Shown here piece by piece: positions 23,601 to 37,199 of a stretch of DNA of 64,000 nt (the first letter of the stretch is position 1; each line of letters opens with the position of its first letter). Source of the DNA: Macrostomum lignano (Eukaryota); contig NIVC01002254.1 in NCBI GenBank assembly GCA_002269645.1, forward strand, positions 62,001-126,000, read 5' to 3'. The translations under genes and the position numbers were made by a program. The notes under the pieces are model-generated. The model had not been told where the DNA came from and made no database searches. It saw only the letters and a program-made list of their open reading frames with translations.

Positions 23601-26600
23601 CCTCTCAGTCTACACCTACTTTCTGTCTACCTCTCAGTCTACACTTTTATCTACTTTCTGTCTACCTCTCAGTCTACACCTTCTTTCTGTCTACCTCTCA
23701 GTCTACACTTTTATCTACTTTCTGTGTACCTCTCAGTCTACACTTTTATCTACTTTCTGTGTACCTCTCAGTCTACACTTTTATCTACTTTCTGTGTACC
23801 ACTCAGTCTACACTTTTGTCTATTTTCTGTCTACCTCTCAGTCTACACTTTTGTCTACTTTCTGTCTACCTCTCAGTCTACACTTTTGTGTCTACTTTCT
23901 GTCTACCTCTCAGTCTATACTTTTGTGTCTACTTTCTGTCTACCTCTCAGTCTACACTTTTATCTACTTTCTGTGTACCTCTCAGTCTACACTTTTGTCT
24001 ATTTTCTGTCTACCTCTCAGTCTACACTTTTATCTACTTTCTGTGTACCTCTCAGTCTACACTTTTGTCTATTTTCTGTCTACCTCTCAGTCTACACTTT
24101 TATCTACTTTCTGTGTACCACTCAGTCTACACTTTTGTCTATTTTCTGTCTACCTCTCAGTCTACACCTACTTTCTGTCTACCTCTCAGTCTACACTTTT
24201 ATCTACTTTCTGTGTACCTCTCAGTCTACACTTTTATCTACTTTCTGTGTACCACTCAGTCTACACTTTTGTATATTTTCTGTTTACCTCTCAGTCTACA
24301 CCTACTTTCTGTCTACCTCTCAGTCTACACTTTTATCTACTTTCTGTCTACCTCTCAGTCTACACCTACTTTCTGTCTACCTCTCAGTCTACACTTTTAT
24401 CTACTTTCTGTCTACCTCTCAGTCTACACTTTTATCTACTTTCTGTGTACCTCTCAGTCTACACTTTTGTCTACTTTCTGTCTACCTCTCAGTCTACACT
24501 TTTGTCTACTTTCTGTCTACCTCTCAGTCTACACTTTTATCTACTTTCTGTCTACCTCTCAGTCTACACTTTTATCTACTTTCTGTGTACCTCTCAGTCT
24601 ACACTTTTATCTACTTTCTGTGTACCACTCAGTCTACACTTTTGTCTACTTTCTGTCTACCTCTCAGTCTACACTTTTGTCTACTTTCTGTCTACCTCTC
24701 AGTCTACACTTTTATCTACTTTCTGTCTACCTCTCAGTCTACACTTTTGTCTACTTTCTGTGTACCTCTCAGTCTACACTTTTATCTACTTTCTGTGTAC
24801 CTCTCAGTCTACACTTTTGTCTATTTTCTGTCTACCTCTCAGTCTACACTTTTGTCTACTTTCTGTCTACCTCTCAGTCTACACTTTTGTGTCTACTTTC
24901 TGTCTACCTCTCAGTCTATACTTTTGTGTCTACTTTCTGTCTACCTCTCAGTCTACACTTTTGTGTCTACTTTCTGTCTACCTCTCAGTCTATACTTTTG
25001 TGTCTACTTTCTGTCTACCTCTCAGTCTACACTTTTATCTATTTTCTGTGTACCTCTCAGTCTACACTTTTGTCTACTTTCTGTGTACCTCTCAGTCTAC
25101 ACTTTTATCTACTTTCTGTGTACCTCTCAGTCTACACTTTTGTCTATTTTCTGTCTACCTCTCAGTCTACACTTTTATCTACTTTCTGTGTACCTCTCAG
25201 TCTACACTTTTGTCTATTTTCTGTCTACCTCTCAGTCTACACTTTTATCTACTTTCTGTGTACCTCTCAGTCTACACTTTTGTCTATTTTCTGTCTACCT
25301 CTCAGTCTACACTTTTATCTACTTTCTGTGTACCACTCAGTCTACACTTTTGTCTATTTTCTGTTTACCTCTCAGTCTACACCTACTTTCTGTCTACCTC
25401 TCAGTCTACACTTTTATCTACTTTCTGTCTACCTCTCAGTCTACACCTTCTTTCTGTCTACCTCTCAGTCTACACTTTTATCTACTTTCTGTGTACCTCT
25501 CAGTCTACACTTTTATCTACTTTCTGTGTACCTCTCAGTCTACACTTTTATCTACTTTCTGTGTACCACTCAGTCTACACTTTTGTCTATTTTCTGTTTA
25601 CCTCTCAGTCTACACCTACTTTCTGTCTACCTCTCAGTCTACACTTTTATCTACTTTCTGTCTACCTCTCAGTCTACACTTTTATCTACTTTCTGTCTAC
25701 CTCTCAGTCTACACTTTTATCTACTTTCTGTGTACCTCTCAGTCTACACTTTTGTCTACTTTCTGTCTACCTCTCAGTCTACACTTTTGTCTACTTTCTG
25801 TGTACCTCTCAGTCTACACTTTTATCTACTTTCTGTGTACCACTCAGTCTACACTTTTGTCTACTTTCTGTCTACCTCTCAGTCTACACTTTTGTCTACT
25901 TTCTGTCTACCTCTCAGTCTACACTTTTATCTACTTTCTGTCTACCTCTCAGTCTACACTTTTGTCTACTTTCTGTGTACCTCTCAGTCTACACTTTTAT
26001 CTACTTTCTGTGTACCTCTCAGTCTACACTTTTGTCTATTTTCTGTCTACCTCTCAGTCTACACTTTTGTCTACTTTCTGTCTACCTCTCAGTCTACACT
26101 TTTGTGTCTACTTTCTGTGTACCTCTCAGTCTACACTTTTATCTACTTTCTGTGTACCTCTCAGTCTACACTTTTGTCTATTTTCTGTCTACCTCTCAGT
26201 CTACACTTTTATCTACTTTCTGTGTACCTCTCAGTCTACACTTTTGTCTATTTTCTGTCTACCTCTCAGTCTACACTTTTATCTACTTTCTGTGTACCAC
26301 TCAGTCTACACTTTTGTCTATTTTCTGTCTACCTCTCAGTCTACACCTACTTTCTGTCTACCTCTCAGTCTACACTTTTATCTACTTTCTGTGTACCTCT
26401 CAGTCTACACTTTTATCTACTTTCTGTGTACCACTCAGTCTACACTTTTGTCTATTTTCTGTTTACCTCTCAGTCTACACCTACTTTCTGTCTACCTCTC
26501 AGTCTACACTTTTATCTACTTTCTGTCTACCTCTCAGTCTACACCTACTTTCTGTCTACCTCTCAGTCTACACTTTTATCTACTTTCTGTCTACCTCTCA

Positions 26601-29265
26601 GTCTACACTTTTATCTACTTTCTGTGTACCTCTCAGTCTACACTTTTGTCTACTTTCTGTCTACCTCTCAGTCTACACTTTTGTCTACTTTCTGTCTACC
26701 TCTCAGTCTACACTTTTATCTACTTTCTGTCTACCTCTTAGTCTACACTTTTATCTACTTTCTGTGTACCTCTCAGTCTACACTTTTATCTACTTTCTGT
26801 GTACCACTCAGTCTACACTTTTGTCTACTTTCTGTCTACCTCTCAGTCTACACTTTTGTCTACTTTCTGTCTACCTCTCAGTCTACACTTTTATCTACTT
26901 TCTGTCTACCTCTCAGTCTATACTTTTGTGTCTACTTTCTGTCTACCTCTCAGTCTACACTTTTATCTACTTTCTGTGTACCTCTCAGTCTACACTTTTG
27001 TCTATTTTCTGTCTACCTCTCAGTCTACACTTTTGTCTACTTTCTGTCTACCTCTCAGTCTACACTTTTGTGTCTACTTTCTGTCTACCTCTCAGTCTAT
27101 ACTTTTGTGTCTACTTTCTGTCTACCTCTCAGTCTACACTTTTGTGTCTACTTTCTGTCTACCTCTCAGTCTATACTTTTGTGTCTACTTTCTGTCTACC
27201 TCTCAGTCTACACTTTTATCTATTTTCTGTGTACCTCTCAGTCTACACTTTTGTCTACTTTCTGTGTACCTCTCAGTCTACACTTTTATCTACTTTCTGT
27301 GTACCTCTCAGTCTACACTTTTGTCTATTTTCTGTCTACCTCTCAGTCTACACTTTTATCTACTTTCTGTGTACCTCTCAGTCTACACTTTTGTCTATTT
27401 TCTGTCTACCTCTCAGTCTACACTTTTATCTACTTTCTGTGTACCTCTCAGTCTACACTTTTGTCTATTTTCTGTCTACCTCTCAGTCTACACTTTTATC
27501 TACTTTCTGTGTACCACTCAGTCTACACTTTTGTCTATTTTCTGTTTACCTCTCAGTCTACACCTACTTTCTGTCTACCTCTCAGTCTACACTTTTATCT
27601 ACTTTCTGTCTACCTCTCAGTCTACACCTTCTTTCTGTCTACCTCTCAGTCTACACTTTTATCTACTTTCTGTGTACCTCTCAGTCTACACTTTTATCTA
27701 CTTTCTGTGTACCTCTCAGTCTACACTTTTATCTACTTTCTGTGTACCACTCAGTCTACACTTTTGTCTATTTTCTGTCTACCTCTCAGTCTACACTTTT
27801 GTCTACTTTCTGTCTACCTCTCAGTCTACACTTTTGTGTCTACTTTCTGTCTACCTCTCAGTCTATACTTTTGTGTCTACTTTCTGTCTACCTCTCAGTC
27901 TACACTTTTGTGTCTACTTTCTGTCTACCTCTCAGTCTATACTTTTGTGTCTACTTTCTGTCTACCTCTCAGTCTACACTTTTATCTACTTTCTGTGTAC
28001 CTCTCAGTCTACACTTTTATCTACTTTCTGTGTACCTCTCAGTCTACACTTTTGTCTATTTTCTGTCTACCTCTCAGTCTACACTTTTGTCTACTTTCTG
28101 TCTACCTCTCAGTCTACACTTTTGTCTACTTTCTGTCTACCTCTCAGTCTACACTTTTATCTATTTTCTGTCTACCTCTCAGTCTACACTTTTGTCTACT
28201 TTCTGTGTACCTCTCAGTCTATACTTTTATCTACTTTCTGTGTACCTCTCAGTCTACACTTTTGTCTATTTTCTGTCTACCTCTCAGTCTACACTTTTGT
28301 CTATTTTCTGTCTACCTCTCAGTCTACACTTTTATCTACTTTCTGTGTACCTCTCAGTCTACACTTTTGTCTATTTTCTGTCTACCTCTCAGTCTACACT
28401 TTTATCTACTTTCTGTGTACCACTCAGTCTACACTTTTGTCTACTTTCTGTCTACCTCTCAGTCTACACTTTTGTCTACTTTCTGTCTACCTCTCAGTCT
28501 ACACTTTTATCTATTTTCTGTGTACCTCTCAGTCTACACTTTTATCTACTTTCTGTCTACCTCTCAGTCTACACTTTTGTCTACTTTCTGTCTACCTCTC
28601 AGTCTACACTTTTGTCTATTTTCTGTGTACCACTCAGTCTACACTTTTGTCTATTTTCTGTCTACCTCTCAGTCTACACCTATTTTCTGTCTACCTCTCA
28701 GTCTACACTTTTATCTACTTTCTGTGTACCTCTCAGTCTACACTTTTGTCTACTTTCTGTCTACCTCTCAGTCTACACTTTTATCTACTTTCTGTCTACC
28801 TCCCAGTCTATACTTTTGTGTCTACTTTCTGTCTACCTCTCAGTCTACACTTTTGTGTCTACTTTCTGTCTACCTCTCAGTCTATACTTTTGTGTCTACT
28901 TTCTGTCTACCTCTCAGTCTACACTTTTATCTACTTTCTGTGTACCTCTCAGTCTACACTTTTGTCTATTTTCTGTCTACCTCACAGTCTACACTTTTGT
29001 CTACTTTCTGTCTACCTCTCAGTGTACACTTTTGTCTACTTTCTGTCTACCTCTCAGTCTATACTTTTGTGTCTACTTTCTGTCTACCTCTCAGTCTACA
29101 CTTTTGTGTCTACTTTCTGTCTACCTCTCAGTCTACACTTTTATCTATTTTCTGTCTACCTCTCAGTCTACACTTTTATCTACTTTCTGTCTACCTCTCA
29201 GTCTACACTTTTATCTACTTTCTCTCTACCTCTCAGTCTACACTTTTGTCCTACTTTCTGTCTAC
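20699..29265 (+). repeat. 8.6-kb satellite array, 35-bp unit (tctactttctg-tctacctctcag-tctacacttttg) with 29- and 37-bp variants
   Basis: Continuous tandem array; the 2000+ aa ORFs are artefacts of a stop-free unit. Confidence 0.97.
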
Positions 29266-29807
29266 CCCTGTTTACCCCTTAGTCTATTAGAAAGTCTATC
29301 ATTTCTAATTGTCTTCCCCACTCTCGTCTCACCTCCAGTCATTCACCACGTCCCCCTGTTCAAAGCGCATGATCGCTGCTGCAATATGGGCTGGAGTGCC
29401 TGCTGATGAGCAGTTTATAACCCCTTAGAAGGTCCGAAACCGAATGTTATGCTTGCACTTCTTGGCTTGGAATGCATTCCAGTCTAGCCAAAGGGGAAAA
29501 ATGAAATTGACAGTCAGAAAAACATGTTTTCACGAAATCCATTTGCAGCAGCTCTTCAGAAACCGATTGCAAAGCGTAAAAAAGTTTCGATGCGTCTCCT
29601 AAGGTTAGCAGAGTGATATTCTGAGCTGGAGACGCCTTTCTGACATTGCTCGCAATTCTCGCCCCGAGCCATATTTTATAAGGGCTATTTTATCGATTTA
29701 TCACAAATATTTCAGCAACTGCAGCAAAAATCCTATGAAAACTGTGAGTCTGTCCTGTGTCTACCTGTCTACCCTTCTGTCTGCCTAAACCTTTGGGCTG
29801 GTTACTA

Positions 29808-30540
<733 letters not shown>

Positions 30541-31094
30541 AGGACATGACAGTATGTCTCCATGTAACACGATGACCAATCGTTACTTTATCCTTCGAAT
30601 CAAACTTTACAGTGCACTTTTGTGCCAGACAATCTTTTTCTTATTGCCAGACCAAATCAACTCAACCTAATCTGCTCAAGGAAGTGAGGAATTTCCCTGG
30701 TCTAAAGGGATTTGGTCTGTTGATCTCGTGCGATCGGCCTTTGAATGTGTAGTAGTTGTCAGTCCCACTTCTCCACTCATTCAAGCACATTGGGAACCGT
30801 CTATTTCTATACTGAAAGTTATTCTCTACTCTCCTCTCCTTCCTAAAGTGAGCTCAGACAGATCAAGCAGTTTCGGAGTGGAACTTTGGCCTGAATAAAC
30901 AGTTCTAGATGGCTCAAATCTTTTATAATAGAGATTAGAAAGTTTAACGGAAAAAATCTCCAGATACCTGTTCCACTTATCGTTCTCTCACGCTCTCACA
31001 CTCATGACTTTTATTTTGTTTGGTTCTTTACCGCTCTTGCTATGTACCTCCCCCGTTTGTCTCTCTTTCTCTCTTTTCTTCTTAGTTCTTCCCT

Positions 31095-31890
31095 TACTAC
31101 CAGTTTCCGCTCTCTATCTCACCCCCCTCTCCTTCCCACTCTCTATCTCACCCTATCCCTCTCCTTCCCACTCTCTATCTCACCCTATCCCTCTCCTTCC
31201 CACTCTCTATCTCACCCTCCCTCTCCTTCCCACTCTCTATCTCACCCTCCCTCTCTTTCTCCACTCTCTATCTCACCCTCCCTCACCTTCCCACTCTCTA
31301 TCTCACCCTATCCCTCTCCTTCCCACTCTCTATCTCATCCTCCCTCTCCTTCCCACTCTCTATCTCACCCTATCCCTCTCCTTCCCACTCTCTATCTCAC
31401 CCTATCCCTCTCCTTCCCACTCTCTATCTCACCCTCCCTCTCCTTCCCACTCTCTATCTCATCCTCCCTCTCCTTCCCACTCTCTATCTCACCCTATCCC
31501 TCTCCTTCCCACTCTCTATCTCATCCTCCCTCTCCTTCCCACTCTCTATCTCATCCTCCCTCTCCTTCCCACTCTCTATCTCACCCTCCTCTCCTTCCCA
31601 CTCTCTATCTCACCCTATCCCTCTCCTTCCCACTCTCTATCTCATCCTACCTCTCCTTCCCACTCTCTATCTCACCCTATCCCTCTCCTTCCCACTCTCT
31701 ATCTCACCCTCCCTCTCCTTCCCACTCTCTATCTCACCCTATCCCTCTCCTTCCCACTCTCTATCTCACCCTCCCTCTCCTTCTCCACTCTCTATCCCAC
31801 CCTCCCTCTCTTTCTCTATTCTCTATCTCACCCTCCCTCTCCTTCCCACTCTCTATCTCACCCTCCCTCTCATTCGCCACACTATCTCAC
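31095..31890 (+). repeat. CT-rich 28-31 bp minisatellite (tctccttcccactctctatctcaccctccc)
   Basis: Direct reading. Confidence 0.9.
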
Positions 31891-32469
31891 CCTCCCCTTT
31901 CTATCTAAACCCAAGCCCCTCACTTTTCTCTCATGCTCTACGTATGCAGTACTAAAATAAGTTGTCATCAGCTACACGCAGATTAGCAGAGCTGAGACCA
32001 GCTAGCCAGACCTAAAGTGACGCTACACACAGTGTCTTCAGTCAGGTCGCGTCCCCACCAGCTGTGAAGCAAAGAATATTGTATTCCGGAGGGAAATCTG
32101 GATCAATACTGGCACAGCATTCGTATTCCTTATTCAAATAATTCACCGCAGTCTTCTTTCTTCTCTTGCAGCAAGTGCATTCTTCTTCTAGAAGTGACTG
32201 CAATAATTCACAGAGCTACTCAGGACATAGGAGGCGCATTCAATTAAGCTTTTAAGCTCATGCGCTCTGCAGTTTATTGAAAATATATTTCATGCAAAGT
32301 CACACAATGCGGCAACTGAGTCCTTTACGAGCGTATTGAATTTTTTCCTGACTGAACTTTAGCCGCTGTTAGCGAAATTAATCTGTTCATTTATCTCTGA
32401 TCGTTCGATTAGGTATTTTCCTTCCCGTGTGTCTGTATCTACTCTCATCTCAATTCCGTAATTCCGTAA

Positions 32470-32912
32470 GTCTTAGTCATGCTAATCTAATCTCAACTGA
32501 TCTTAGTTATCTCAGTCTAATCTCAGCTGATCTTAGTTATCTCAGTCTAATCTCATCTGATCGTAGTCATGCTAATCTAGTCTCATCTGATCTTAGTCAT
32601 GCTAATCTAGTCTCATCTGATCTTAGTCATGCTAATCTAATCTCATCTGATCTTAGTCATGCTAATCTAGTCTCATCTGATCTTAGTCATGCTAATCTAA
32701 TCTCATCTGATCTTAGTCATGCTAATCTAGTCTCATCTGATCTTAGTCATGCTAATCTAGTCTCATCTGATCGTAGTCATGCTAATCTAGTCTCATCTGA
32801 TCTTAGTCATGCTAATCTAATCTCATCTGATCTTAGTCATGCTAATCTAGTCTCATGTGATCTTAGTCATGCTAATCTAATCTCATCTGATCTTAGTCAT
32901 GCTAATCTAATC
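32470..32912 (+). repeat. 30-bp minisatellite (tcatctgatcttagtcatgctaatctagtc)
   Basis: Direct reading, ~14 units. Confidence 0.9.
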
Positions 32913-32994
32913 TTAATTCAGCTCAGTCTCTTATCTAATCTTACTTCAGTTATCCCTATCTACTTCCTTGCTTATCTAATCTATAATCTCTATA

Positions 32995-33262
32995 GGAGGT
33001 TTTAGCCTAGTGGTCAGAGTGTCGGACGCACGACTGAAAGGTCGAAAGTTCGATTCTCGACCTACTCGGAACAAGTTGTGCCCTTGAGCAAGACACTTAA
33101 CTCTGCATTGCTTCAGTTCATGGGTGCCAGCATTAGCTGGGGTAATTGAGGGTGTGTGTGGCGACCCCCCAGTCCTTGGACTGAACAGCCGTACGCAGCC
33201 TTCAGATGCGCCGCGCAATAGCTGCGGCTGAGCTGTCGGTTGCACATCTCGGTTGCACATTT
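32995..33262 (+). mobile_element. tRNA-derived SINE, family 1 (CORE/MIR-like central segment)
   Basis: A box tagcctagtgg, B box gttcgattc; gtgcccttgagcaagacacttaac resembles MIR/CORE-type tgtgaccttgggcaagtcacttaac; second copy inverted at 48114-48337. Confidence 0.75.
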
Positions 33263-33518
33263 TTATTGAAAGGACAGAGATTCGTTTCACAAACAGATTG
33301 CATTGAACACTGCTGGCTGCAGAAGACTAAATCATCTGATGCAGAATGGCAACATATTTGCTTGGATTCCAATTAAAGGGGGAGTGGGAGAGGGGGATAA
33401 GCGAATGGATAGAGATTGGGAAGAAAGGTTATTAAGGATGAAGGCAAAGATAGATGGATGGAAAGACTATAAGGGTTAGAAATGCTGAACTTTGCTCGAA
33501 GTTTCGGTCGAAGTGCCG

Positions 33519-33706
33519 CTATTCGCAAAGTTTGCCCTTTAGTTGGCACATTAGTTACTGGGGAAATATTTGAGGGATTAAACAAGAGCCACCCCACCAG
33601 TCTGTAAAAAAACTATTCGCAAAGTTTGCCCTTTAGTTGGCACATTAGTTACTGGGGAAATATTTGAGGGATTAAACAAGAGCCACCCACCAGTCTGTAA
33701 AAAAAC
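33519..33706 (+). repeat. 94-bp tandem duplication (2 units)
   Basis: ctattcgcaaagtttgcc...gtctgtaaaaaaa at 33519 and 33613. Confidence 0.95.
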
Positions 33707-33994
33707 CGTGCAAGCCTTAGGAAATGATCCGCAATGTTTATGGCTTAACTAAAATTGTGCGTTGCATGGCAAATGCGGGTCCTTGTATATTATTGTTAGT
33801 ATGAAGTTTTCTTGCTCTCTTCTACTGCTCTTGTTGCATCGTACTTCCGCAAAGGATTAATTTCTTTTTTTTGTTTGTTCGGTATTTTAAGACGCAAGTT
33901 ATTTTGGCTTAGTAAATCAACCAATTTTCACCTTTCTTCAACATTCTTTCAGAGAGTGTCCATGTAGCAATAAGATAAGGCCAGATACAGTGCA

Positions 33995-34300
33995 CAAAAA
34001 CAGCACCAAAAACAGCATCAAAGAACCGCACAAAAAACAGCATCGAAAACAGCATCAAAAACAGCATCAAAAAAGCATCAAAAACAGCACCAAAACAGCA
34101 TCAAAAACAGTACCAAAAACAGCACCAAAGCAGCATGAAAAACAGTACCAAAAATAGCACCAAACAGCACCAAAACAGCACCAAAACAGCATCATCAACA
34201 GCAATAAAAACAGCGTCAGAACAGCACCAAAAACAGCACCAAAACAGTACCAGAACAGCACCAAAAACGTCAATAGAGCACCAGAAACAGCTTCAAAAAC
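33995..34300 (+). repeat. Degenerate 11-12 bp repeat (aaaacagcacc/aaaaacagcatc)
   Basis: Direct reading. Confidence 0.85.
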
Positions 34301-34849
34301 AGGGTCGAAAAAGCAGCTAAAATAGTCTTGTTTACGTGGGTCAGGTCAAATATTAAAGAGCTAAAATTTTTAGCAAAAGTTCAGCTCTATAGCTCGTAAT
34401 TACGTAATTACCCCTTGTAATTACCCCTCGAATTTCGACAATCGTAGCCCTGACAAACTTTAGCAGAATTTAGCCATATAACAGCTGATCAATAAAATTG
34501 TCTCGATTAATCGATTTAAACAAATGAGGCTCGGATGGCCTTGAAGTCACTTCCGGGCGGAAGTGGCAAGCTGGAACTGACCCATTGAGTCCTGTCCACT
34601 TCTGTTATTCATTTTAAACTTCGGGAACAACAGCATCAGTTGGGGAAAGTTGGGTGAATAACAAAATTTTACATTCTTTCCGATCTGTAATTTGTTGCAC
34701 TGGCTTAGCCACTTACTCTCGTATTCATCAGCATTTGCAGTCAGGGATTGCAGGGGGGATAAGCTCTTGCATATAAGTCTACTGAACTGCTTAAATTGAA
34801 GTAGGTTGTGTTCTTCATCTGCCACTTGAGATTCTCCTGTTCATAACTC

Positions 34850-35850
34850 TCTCTCTCTCTCTCCCTCTCCTCCCCCCTCTCTCCTCTCGCCTCTCTACTC
34901 TCCCCTCTCTCCTCTCCCCTCTCTCCTCTCCCCTCTCTCCTCTCCCCCTCTCTCCTCTCCCCTCTCTCCTCTCCCCCTCTCTCCCCTCCCCCTCTCTCCT
35001 CTCCCCTTCTCTGTTAGGATGAATAAATCCCTCCTCCTCTCCCTATGAATGAATCTCTCCTCTCCCCTTCTCTCCTCTCCCCTTCTCTCCTCTCCCCTTC
35101 TCTCCTCTCCCCTTCTCTCCTCTCCCCTTCTCTCCTCTCCCCTTCTCTCCTCTCCCCTTCTCTCCTCTCCCCTTCTCTCCTCTCCCCTTCTCTCCTCTCC
35201 CCTTCTCTCCTCTCCCCTTCTCTCCTCTCCCCTTCTCTCCTCTCCCCTTCTCTCCTCTCCCCTTCTCTCCTCTCCCCTTCTCTCCTCTCCCCTTCTCTCC
35301 TCTCCCCTTCTCTCCTCTCCCCTTCTCTCCTCTCCCCTTCTCTCCTCTCCCCTTCTCTCCTCTCCCCTTCTCTGTTAGTATGAATAAATCCCTCCTCCTC
35401 TCCCTATGAATGAATCTCTCCTCTCCCCATCGCTCCTCTCCCCTTCTCTCCTCTCCCCCTCTCTCCTCTCCCCTTCTCTCCTCTCCTCTTCTCTCCTCTC
35501 CCCTTCTCTGTTAGTATGAATAAATCCCTCCTCCTCTCCCTATGAATGAATCTCTCCTCTCCCCATCGCTCCTCTCCCCTTCTCTCCTCTCCCCCTCTCT
35601 CCTCTCCCCTTCTCTCCTCTCTCCCTCTCTCTCCTCTCCCCCTCTCTCCTCTCCCCTTCTCTCCTCTCTCCCTCTCTCTCCTCTCCCCCTCTCTCCTCTC
35701 CCCTTCTCTCCTCTCTCCCTCTCTCTCCTCTCCCCTTCTCTCCTCTCCCCTTCTCTCCTCTCCCCCTCTCTCCTCTCCCCTTCTCTCCTCCCCCCTCTCT
35801 CCTCTCCCCTCTCTCCTCCCCCCTCTCCTCTCGCCCTCTGTCCTCTCGCC
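34850..35850 (+). repeat. CT-rich 15-bp array (ctctcctctcccctt) interrupted three times by a ~45-bp ctgttag...atgaatgaat block
   Basis: Direct reading. Confidence 0.9.
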
Positions 35851-36467
35851 CTTCTCCCCCAAAGTCCCTCCATCTCATTATCGAATAAAGAGTGAAAAAA
35901 TAAAATATCAAAATTATTAGATTCAAGTGGGAAAGCAACAGGCATTTATTGGGTTCTTGGAAAGAAACTGTCAGTCTACGTCACTGATTATTTTACAAAT
36001 ATCGAGCCATATTTATTTATTTATAGACCCGTTATTCATAAACACAAAGAGTCATTTCAACTGACTGAAGCATTCAAACTGGCGTGCTTTTATGCGAAAA
36101 ATGAAGACAGAAAGTTTTTTAAAGAACAAGCGACAGATTTCTTTTGATAGAAAATTGTTTATAATACTCTAAAAAAATTTCGAAATTATCAGGGTCAAGT
36201 TTGTAAACAAAACTGAATACAAGCGTAATGTCAGTATTTATTTTCAATGTCAGATTCACATAGAATTAATGGGAACACATCAAAATGCGTGGCTAGATTC
36301 GTTTGGGGATTGCGTACTCACAGGGAGCAGAGAGTGCACATGCCTACGGAGCAGAGAGAAAGTCAAGTGAGCGCGTGCTCAGGGGTCTACGAAATTGGAA
36401 TAAATGCACGAGCCCATGCGACTCTTCAATGCTGATAATGAGGTTGAAGAGGTCGCATAGCCAGACT

Positions 36468-37082
36468 CCCTGGTGCTGGTGCTCCTGGTGCTGGCGCCCC
36501 TGGTGCTGGCGCCCCTGGTGCTGGCGCCCCTGGTGCTGGCGCCCCTGGTGCTGGCGCCCCTGGTGCTGGCGCCCCTGGTGCTGGCGCCCCTGGTGCTGGC
36601 GCCCCTGGTGCTGGCGCCCCTGGTGCTGGCGCCCCTGGTGCTGGCGCCCCTGGTGCTGGCGCCCCTGGTGCTGGCGCCCCTGGTGCTAAAGCCCCTGGTG
36701 CTGGCGCCCCTGGTGCTAAAGCCCCTGGTGCTAAAGCCCCTGGTGCTAAAGCCCCTGGTGCTAAAGCCCCTGGTGCTGGCGCCCCTGGTGCTAAAGCCCC
36801 TGGTGCTAAAGCCCCTGGTGCTGGCGCCCCTGGTGCTAAAGCCCCTGGTGCTAAAGCCCCTGGTGCTAAAGCCCCTGGTGCTAAAGCCCCTGGTGCTAAA
36901 GCCCCTGGTGCTGGCTCCATTGGTGCTAAAGCCCCTGGTGCTAAAGCCCCTGGTGCTAAAGCCCCTGGGTGCTAAAGCCCCTGGTGCTAAAGCCCCTGGG
37001 TGCTAAAGCCCCTGGTGCTAAAGCCCCTGGTGCTAAAGCCCCTGGTGCTGGCTCCATTGGTGCTAAAGCCCCTGGTGCTAAA
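36468..37082 (+). repeat. 15-bp minisatellite (gcccctggtgctggc grading to gcccctggtgctaaa)
   Basis: Direct reading; lies just beyond the ENaC stop codon. Confidence 0.95.
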
Positions 37083-37199
37083 GCAAAACAAATTCCCGAA
37101 AAGCACACTGGACGACAAAAGCATTGTATTTTATTAATAAAGAATCACAGTACAGTGCATAACAAGCAGACTCGCCATCACGCTGCATGTCAGCTGTCA

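Noticed and set aside
20646-29406. Four giant ORFs (827-2872 aa)
   Set aside because: They are translations of a 35-bp stop-free satellite, open in all three frames with the same low-complexity text.
36469-37082. [10 protein letters not shown] elastin- or silk-like reading frame
   Set aside because: In-frame TGA at 36445 with no ATG, frameshifts near 36968 and 36999, and no signal peptide; best explained as a 15-bp minisatellite.
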